From: Planctomycetota bacterium
Lineage (GTDB): Bacteria > Planctomycetota > Planctomycetia > Pirellulales > PLA5
Assembly: GCA_029259895.1 (NCBI GenBank)
Contig: JAJDEG010000123.1
Location: forward strand, 1 to 52,027
Direction: 5' to 3'
Length of the DNA: 52,027 nucleotides
In this document: positions 45,923 to 52,027 of the stretch, piece by piece
How positions within the stretch are numbered: position 1 is the first letter of the stretch
Layout: the number at the start of each line of letters is the position of its first letter
The notes under the pieces: model-generated
Told to the model about the DNA's origin: nothing
The model's database searches: none
Seen by the model: the letters and a program-made list of their open reading frames with translations, nothing else
Made by a program: the position numbers and the translations under genes

Positions 45923-47245
45923 ATGTCCACCTCCCGCCAAAATCGCCGCACATTTCTCAAGACCACGGCCGCCGTCGCCGGTGCATCCGCCGTGACGCCC
46001 TACTTCTTCAGCGGAGAGAAACCGCTGGCCGCCGAATTCGCCGCCAAGAACGACCGGCCGCTCGTCGGCCAAATTGGCTGCGGCGGACAGGGCAACGGCA
46101 TCACCAACCGGGCAAAGCGGTACGGCGACATCGTGGCCGTGTGCGACGTCGACGCCCATCGCGCCGAGCAAGCCAAGGCCAAACAGGGCGGCGGCAAGGC
46201 GGAGATCTTCGACGACTACCGCAAGCTGCTCGACCGCAAGGACATCGAAGTCGTCACGATCGGCACGCCGGATCATTGGCACACGCGGATCGCCATCGCG
46301 GCGATGAAGGCCGGCAAGGACGTGTATTGCGAAAAGCCGCTCACGCTGACCATCGACGAAGGGAAGCTGATCTGCAAGGTCGTGAAGGAAACCGGCAAGG
46401 TGTTTCAGGTCGGCACGCAGCAGCGGAGCGACGGCTCGCGGTTTCTCACGGCGATCGCGCTGGCCCACCAAGGGCGGCTCGGCAATATCAAAACCGTGAG
46501 TTGCTCGATCGGCGGCGCGCCGTCGAGCGGCCCGCTAAAGAAGGAAACGCCGCCGGATCATTTGAACTGGGAGCAGTGGCTCGGGCAGGCCCCGCTGGTC
46601 GATTACATTCCGCGGCGGTGCCACTACGAGTTCCGCTGGTGGTACGAATACTCCGGCGGCAAGATGACCGACTGGGGCGCACACCACGTCGACATCGCCA
46701 CGTGGCTGATCGGCGCGGACGATACCGGCCCGATCTCGGTCGGAGGAACGGCGACGCATCCGGTCCCCTTCGAGAACGGTCATCCGACGCTCGACAACCA
46801 GTACAACACGGCGAACAAGTTCAATGTGTCGTGCAAGTATAAGAGCGGCGTCGAAGTGATTATTCGCGACGACATGGACAACGGATTACTGATCGAAGGG
46901 GACAAGGGACGCATTTTCGTGAGCCGCGGAGCGCTCAAGGGCAAGCCGGTCGAAGACCTGAAGGACAATCCGCTGCCCGAGGATGCAATCATCAAAGTCT
47001 ACAAAGGCAAGAAGCCGGGCGATCACATGGGTAACTTCTTCGATTGCCTCAAGACGCGCGAGCAGCCGATCTCGGACGTGTTCACGCACCACCGGGCGAT
47101 GACGACGTGCCACCTGGCGAACATCGCCATTCGCCTCGGCAGGGCGCTGAAGTGGAATCCCGATACCGAGCAGATCGAAGGTGACTCCGAAGCGAACGCA
47201 ATGCAGAACCGCGAACAGCGCAAGGGCTACGAGATCGAGGCCTGA
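45923..47245 (+). CDS. Tat-exported Gfo/Idh/MocA oxidoreductase
   Basis: NRRTFLK, IGCGGQG, TPDHWH, DVYCEKPL, GTQQRS and DWGAHHVD motifs. Confidence 0.94.
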   Translation: MSTSRQNRRTFLKTTAAVAGASAVTPYFFSGEKPLAAEFAAKNDRPLVGQIGCGGQGNGITNRAKRYGDIVAVCDVDAHRAEQAKAKQGGGKAEIFDDYRKLLDRKDIEVVTIGTPDHWHTRIAIAAMKAGKDVYCEKPLTLTIDEGKLICKVVKETGKVFQVGTQQRSDGSRFLTAIALAHQGRLGNIKTVSCSIGGAPSSGPLKKETPPDHLNWEQWLGQAPLVDYIPRRCHYEFRWWYEYSGGKMTDWGAHHVDIATWLIGADDTGPISVGGTATHPVPFENGHPTLDNQYNTANKFNVSCKYKSGVEVIIRDDMDNGLLIEGDKGRIFVSRGALKGKPVEDLKDNPLPEDAIIKVYKGKKPGDHMGNFFDCLKTREQPISDVFTHHRAMTTCHLANIAIRLGRALKWNPDTEQIEGDSEANAMQNREQRKGYEIEA

Positions 47246-47368
47246 TCGCTCGGCGAACGAAATCCATTTCCAGCTTGACTTTGGGGCGGCGTCGGACCAG
47301 ATTGGTTCCGGCCCGCCCCTTTATTCTTGCCCGCCGCATCGCCGCGGTTCACTCCAGGAATCTCCGCC

Positions 47369-49108
47369 ATGTTTCCTCGCCGCTCGATGGCTTGCTTTGC
47401 ATTCGCCCCCTTGGTCTCGCTGGCGATCTGCGTTTCATTCGCGGATACCGTTCGCGCCGACGACGAAGCCGTGCTCAAGGGAAGCGTGACGAAGCACACG
47501 TTCGATAAAAGCAAGGTATTTCCCGGCACGGTCCGCGATTATTGGGTCTACATACCTGCACAGTACGACCCGGCCAAACCGGCGTGCGTGTACGTCAATC
47601 AAGACGGCATCCAGTACAACGCCCCGGCCGTGTTCGACCAGTTGATCGCGGCGGGCGAGATGCCGGTCACCATCGGCGTGTTCGTCATGCACGGCCGTGT
47701 GCAAGCGCCGAACGAAATGGCGATCGACCGCTTCAATCGCAGCTACGAGTACGACGGCTTGGGCAACAACTACGCACGGTTCTTGCTCGAAGAACTGCTG
47801 CCGGAAGTTGAAAAGCTCAAGACCGCCGACGGCCGCGAGATTCGCCTCTCGAAGGACGACAACGACCGCGCCATCGGCGGATCGAGCAGCGGGGCGATTT
47901 GTGCCTTCACGGCGGCGTGGGAACGGCCCGATGCGTTTCGCCGCGTGTTCAGCGCCATCGGCACCTACGTTGGCTTGCGCGGCGGGAACGACTACCCGAC
48001 GCTGGTGCGGAAATACGAGCCGAAGCCGATTCGCATCTTCTTGCAAGACGGCAGCGGCGACTTGAACATTTATGGCGGCGACTGGTGGATGGCCAACCAA
48101 GCGATGCAGCGGTCGCTGACATTTGCCGGATACGAGGTGAACCACATCTGGGGCGACGGAGGGCACAACGGAAAGCACGCCACGGAAATCTTCCCCGACG
48201 CCATGCGCTGGCTGTGGAAGGACTGGCCCGCACCAATCAAGTCTGGCCGCGGTTCGCCGCAGCTTCAAGAGATTCTCATCGCCGACGAGGACTGGCAGTT
48301 GGTCGGCGAGGGCTACAAGTTCACCGAAGGCCCGGCGGCGAACGACGCTGGCGAAGTATTCTTCAACGACATCCCGAACAGCAAGACGCACAAGATCGGT
48401 CTCGACGGCAAGGTCTCGGAGTTCATCGCCGATTCGCGGCGCGCCAACGGTCAGGCCTTCGGACCCGACGGACGGTTGTACGCCGTCGCCAGCGGCGCGG
48501 AGCAGATTGTGGCCTACGGCGCGGATGGCAACGCGGCGACCGTGGCCGAGGGATTCCGCGGCAACGATTTGGTCGTGCTTCATGACGGCGGGATGTACGT
48601 GACGAATCCAGATCGCCAACGGGGCGAAAGCAAAGTGTGGCACATCCGCGCGAAGGGGGACGCTCGCGTGGTCGATACGGGCCTGAGGTTCGCCAACGGC
48701 GTCACTACCTCGCCAGACCAAACGCTGCTCTACGTCGCCGACAGCCGCTCGCATTGGGTCTACAGCTACCAAATCCAAAGCGACGGCACGCTCGCCCACA
48801 AGCAGAAGTATTACCACCTGCACGTACCGGACACGGCCGACGACAGCGGCGCGGACGGCATGCGCGTCGACCGCGACGGGCGGTTGTACGTCGCCACGCG
48901 AATCGGCATCCAAGTATGCGATCAAGCCGGCCGCGTCAATTGCATCATCCCCACGCCGAACGGCCGCATATCGAACCTCTGCTTCGGCGGACCGGAGCAC
49001 GACACGATCTACGCCACCTGCGGCGACCGCGTGTACCGCCGAAAAGTAAAAACAAAAGCGGCGGACGCTCAAAACGAGCCGATCAAACCGGCCAAGCCGC
49101 GGTTGTAG
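47369..49108 (+). CDS. Secreted esterase (alpha/beta hydrolase) + SMP-30/gluconolactonase fusion
   Basis: RDYWVYIP and GGSSSGA nucleophile elbow, followed by FTEGPA, FANGVTTSPD and ADGMRVDRDGRLYVA. Confidence 0.9.
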   Translation: MFPRRSMACFAFAPLVSLAICVSFADTVRADDEAVLKGSVTKHTFDKSKVFPGTVRDYWVYIPAQYDPAKPACVYVNQDGIQYNAPAVFDQLIAAGEMPVTIGVFVMHGRVQAPNEMAIDRFNRSYEYDGLGNNYARFLLEELLPEVEKLKTADGREIRLSKDDNDRAIGGSSSGAICAFTAAWERPDAFRRVFSAIGTYVGLRGGNDYPTLVRKYEPKPIRIFLQDGSGDLNIYGGDWWMANQAMQRSLTFAGYEVNHIWGDGGHNGKHATEIFPDAMRWLWKDWPAPIKSGRGSPQLQEILIADEDWQLVGEGYKFTEGPAANDAGEVFFNDIPNSKTHKIGLDGKVSEFIADSRRANGQAFGPDGRLYAVASGAEQIVAYGADGNAATVAEGFRGNDLVVLHDGGMYVTNPDRQRGESKVWHIRAKGDARVVDTGLRFANGVTTSPDQTLLYVADSRSHWVYSYQIQSDGTLAHKQKYYHLHVPDTADDSGADGMRVDRDGRLYVATRIGIQVCDQAGRVNCIIPTPNGRISNLCFGGPEHDTIYATCGDRVYRRKVKTKAADAQNEPIKPAKPRL

Positions 49109-49119
49109 TCGCATACGCC

Positions 49120-49200
49120 GTAGGGTGGGTCGAACGGAGTGAGGCCCACCAACCGCCGCGTTCTATCCTGGTGGGCCTCACTCCGTTCGACGCACCCTAC
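49120..49200. repeat. GTAG-type REP doublet, copy 2
   Basis: Same arms as 6828-6908 with a different spacer. Confidence 0.85.
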
Positions 49201-49407
49201 GTGATTCAGGCAACGCGATTCTCATCGACTCGGCTTCTCGAAACGCCCGTCGATCTTGTATGTTGTGGCAAGAATGGTTCAATGCAACCGTGATTGGGCA
49301 ACCGTCGCTGCCCGTTGGTACTCAATGTGACGTATTCGCAGAGCACCCCACGAGTCGTTGGACCCGAAGACCAATTTTTTCACCGCGAAATCTCGACGAA
49401 ATCTGAT

Positions 49408-50559
49408 ATGGCTAAGAAAAAACCCCGCCCCCGCAGTCAGTCCAACGGTTCCACCGCCACGTTGACCGCCAAAGACAAACAAACGCTCACCCAGATCGTC
49501 AACCTCGCCGATGGCGTCGTCGCCGCCGCGGAGAAGAAGCGCGATCCGTCGCTCGACATCCCCACCCGCGCGCTCTCCAACGTCAAGTACAACAAGACGA
49601 AGCGGTTCATCGAGATGGGTTCGGCCAAAAACCGCCGGCAGTTGTTCAATCTCGCCCAGGCCAAGAGCTACATGCAGACGATCCTGGTGGCCAGCGGCTC
49701 GAAGAAACTCATCAATGAGGGCAAGACCACCAGCATCCGCGGTTTGTACTACCTGCTCAAGCACACGATCGAAGGCGCGAAGGAAGAGACTTTCGACGAC
49801 CAGGGCGATTGCGATACGATCATCGAAGACGTCGAGGTCACCCTCAACGCCCTCCGCGAGGAGTTGCACGTCTACGCCAGCAACCGCGGCGGCATGGTCG
49901 GGCCGATTTCGCTCATCGACAGCGGCGACGAGATCGACTGCGCGCGCATGGGCAGCGGCGGATACAGCATCCCGTCCATCGTCGAACCAGAAGTCATCCA
50001 GTTCAAAAAGTGTACGGGTGATTTCATCCTCCACGTCGAAAAGGACACGGTCTGGCGGCGGTTCAACGAAGATAAGTTCTGGCGCGAGCACAACTGCATT
50101 CTCACTCACGGCGGCGGACAGCCCCCGCGCGGCGTGCGGCGGATGCTCTATCGTCTGCACAACGAACTGAAGCTGCCAATTTATTGCCTGCTCGATAACG
50201 ACCCGTGGGGATACTACATCTACAGCGTCCTCAAACAGGGTTCGATCAACCTGGCGTACGAATCGAAGCGAATGGCGATTCCCGACGCAAAGTTCCTCGG
50301 CCTGCGGAGTATCGACTTCGAGCGCTGCCAGCTCTCGCCCAGCGTGCAAATCGCCCTCAGCGAGCAGGACGTCAAACGGGCCAAGCAAATCGCCAACTAC
50401 CCGTGGTTCGAGCACAAGAAACCGTGGCAGCGCGAAATCCAAAAGATGATCGACAACGGCTTCAAGCTGGAAGTCGAAGCGCTCATCAGCAAGGACATCA
50501 GCTACGTGACGGAAACCTACGCGCCGGAGCGGTTGGCGACGAAGGATTGGCTGGATTGA
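49408..50559 (+). CDS. top6A: DNA topoisomerase VI subunit A (Spo11-like)
   Basis: TSIRGLYY (catalytic Tyr region), F.DQ...D.IIEDVEV, VEKDTVWRR, GGQP, DNDPWGYYI and KLEVEAL motifs; ATG at 49408. Confidence 0.92.
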   Translation: MAKKKPRPRSQSNGSTATLTAKDKQTLTQIVNLADGVVAAAEKKRDPSLDIPTRALSNVKYNKTKRFIEMGSAKNRRQLFNLAQAKSYMQTILVASGSKKLINEGKTTSIRGLYYLLKHTIEGAKEETFDDQGDCDTIIEDVEVTLNALREELHVYASNRGGMVGPISLIDSGDEIDCARMGSGGYSIPSIVEPEVIQFKKCTGDFILHVEKDTVWRRFNEDKFWREHNCILTHGGGQPPRGVRRMLYRLHNELKLPIYCLLDNDPWGYYIYSVLKQGSINLAYESKRMAIPDAKFLGLRSIDFERCQLSPSVQIALSEQDVKRAKQIANYPWFEHKKPWQREIQKMIDNGFKLEVEALISKDISYVTETYAPERLATKDWLD

Positions 50560-50612
50560 GCATGAATCGCAAAGCGAACCGGAAGTGCGCAACGCCCCGC
50601 CGGAATGCCCAG

Positions 50613-51251
50613 TCAGTGTAGCGGTGCATCCCAGGCCATCGTCTTTTGCGACGCTCGAATAAACGCCACCTTGCCCGCGTCGCGCCCTTCGCCGTAATAC
50701 CAATACGTAAGGAAGAAATCGTCGGCGGAGCGCGTCGGTCGGCCCAACAGCGCGACGACATCCGGCGGCGTCATGCCCGCTTGCATCTCGGCCCATTTGA
50801 TTGCTACTCTGCGATCGCGGCGTAGTGGCGGCGGCGTCGGTTGAGCCGGCAACTCGTCCGGCAATTCGCTCGGCAGTTCGCCCATCAGTTCGTCCGTCGA
50901 CGCATCGTTCCCTTGATCCGTATCGCCAGTAACATCATCGCCGATACGGTCTTCGCCATGATCGCCGTCGGTTGCAGGCAAAGCCGCGCCGCCGTCGTCG
51001 CCCGCTGTCGCCGATTCCTCAGCGTCGCGCCGCAGATCGCCCAGCACTTCGCTTGGCGGAATCGCCGGCTCTCGCTCCTCGCGCCGTCGCGCTGCCTCGT
51101 CGAACGCACGCTGCTCGGCTTCGGCGGCCTCGCGAACGAGCGCCTCCGCTTCCGGCGACAATTCCGGCCCATCGCTACAGCCAACCACCGCCAGGCAAGC
51201 GGCGAGCGCCAACCAGCGCGACACAACAACGGCGAATCGAAGAACGTGCAT
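50613..51251 (-). CDS. Putative lipoprotein with a C-terminal SmpA/OmlA-like domain
   Basis: Lipobox-like LAVVGC; acidic linker; GMTPPDVVALLGRP...YWYY. Confidence 0.7.
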   Translation of the reverse strand: MHVLRFAVVVSRWLALAACLAVVGCSDGPELSPEAEALVREAAEAEQRAFDEAARRREEREPAIPPSEVLGDLRRDAEESATAGDDGGAALPATDGDHGEDRIGDDVTGDTDQGNDASTDELMGELPSELPDELPAQPTPPPLRRDRRVAIKWAEMQAGMTPPDVVALLGRPTRSADDFFLTYWYYGEGRDAGKVAFIRASQKTMAWDAPLH

Positions 51252-51340
51252 GACCGAAAAGAACCCGCCCAGTCGAGCGAGCCGTAAAGATGTGGCTCGA
51301 AATAACTTCCTGAGTTTACGGTTCGCGGTTTCGAGATTCT

Positions 51341-51424
51341 GTAGGGTGGGTCGAACGGAGTGAGGCCCACCGGATCGTGTTTCATCGCATGCCGGGCCTC
51401 ACTCCGTTCGACGACCCATCCTAC
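51341..51424. repeat. GTAG-type REP doublet, copy 3
   Basis: Left arm intact; right arm slightly degenerate. Confidence 0.8.
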
Positions 51425-51702
51425 GCGAAATCCGTTACGAATAACGGAACTTTAATCGAGCCGATCCCTAATGATTCAGCCGAACGAGCAATCGACGAAA
51501 ACAAATCGGCGAAACGGATTCGGTAAGAATGCGATGACGAGCCTACAAAGCGACGATCACAGCGACGGGACAATGAATTGGGCGCAACGAACAATTGCTT
51601 TCCGTATCGTAGTCCGTCGACGGCAAAGGGGCAAGGAATTCTCAGTCCATCGTACGACGAATCAGGAACTTCTTTCACGCATGCACAAATTTTGGCTGGT
51701 CG

Positions 51703-51846
51703 TTTTTTCCACGCAGACCACGCGGAGGGCGCACGGAGGTTGCGGAGATTGTATCTTCGGCGCGCTTGTCATTGCACCGTCACGCCGCAGCTCGCGCTCT
51801 TCTCTGCGTCCTCTGCGAAACCTCCGCCACCTCTGCGTTAGAAAAG
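51703..51846. repeat. Palindromic CGCAGAG/CTCTGCG element
   Basis: ttttccacgcaga...cgcggag ... ctctgcg..ctctgcg..ctctgcgttagaaaa. Confidence 0.55.
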
Positions 51847-52027
51847 TACCAGCTCGCTATTCACGTGCGGCCAACGGCTGCTCCAAGCATCCGCAGTCGA
51901 CTAACGCCGCGTGCCATCGCCGCGCAACGCCGATTCCGAATCCGCCGTCGATTCCGCGGCAGAACTCGCGGAGACCGCACCGCCAACGCGCCGCGCCCCG
52001 ATCGCCAGCCCAACCCAACCGTCGTGT

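Noticed and set aside
51421-51841. 85-aa and 87-aa ORFs in the lower-GC end region
   Set aside because: No SD, motif or codon bias supports them, and they overlap repeats.

Overview
GC-rich bacterial chromosome segment, most likely from a Planctomycete. This is inferred from the planctomycete-type 'ETLEQRQMLA' export motif, a PheT lacking the OB domain, a bacterial topo VI subunit A and heptamer palindromic repeats. Housekeeping genes (ftsY, cmk, rpmI, rplT, pheS, pheT, hisF, PilT-family ATPase) and a yqiJ-yqiK-AAA ATPase trio flank a roughly 8 kb minus-strand unit (38101 to 30066) that the ORF track misses almost entirely. The unit reads, in order: an ECF-sigma-like promoter; a 42-aa rare-codon leader peptide whose stop codon lies inside a 14/15-bp antiterminator competing with a rho-independent terminator; and an array of 31 CCA-less tRNA genes covering all 20 amino acids, plus 2 tRNA-like elements. 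Many of the tRNAs are structurally non-canonical: Ile-UAU, Arg-GCG/UCG, four short-arm Leu tRNAs, a D-armless Tyr and a Phe with a broken G53-C61 pair. Interspersed are an HNH nuclease, a small SEC-C gene with three candidate UUU-Y +1 frameshift sites, an antisense four-helix-bundle cassette and a structured RNA, ending with a slipin (SPFH) gene and a terminator. My reading, which is inference, is a translation-stress-sensing backup tRNA operon. Elsewhere, a DUF3179 gene has an in-frame UGA in a UxxC motif followed by a SECIS-like hairpin (probable selenoprotein). All tRNA calls were folded by eye, so their ends may be off by 1-2 nt. Family names come from motif recognition, not database searches.
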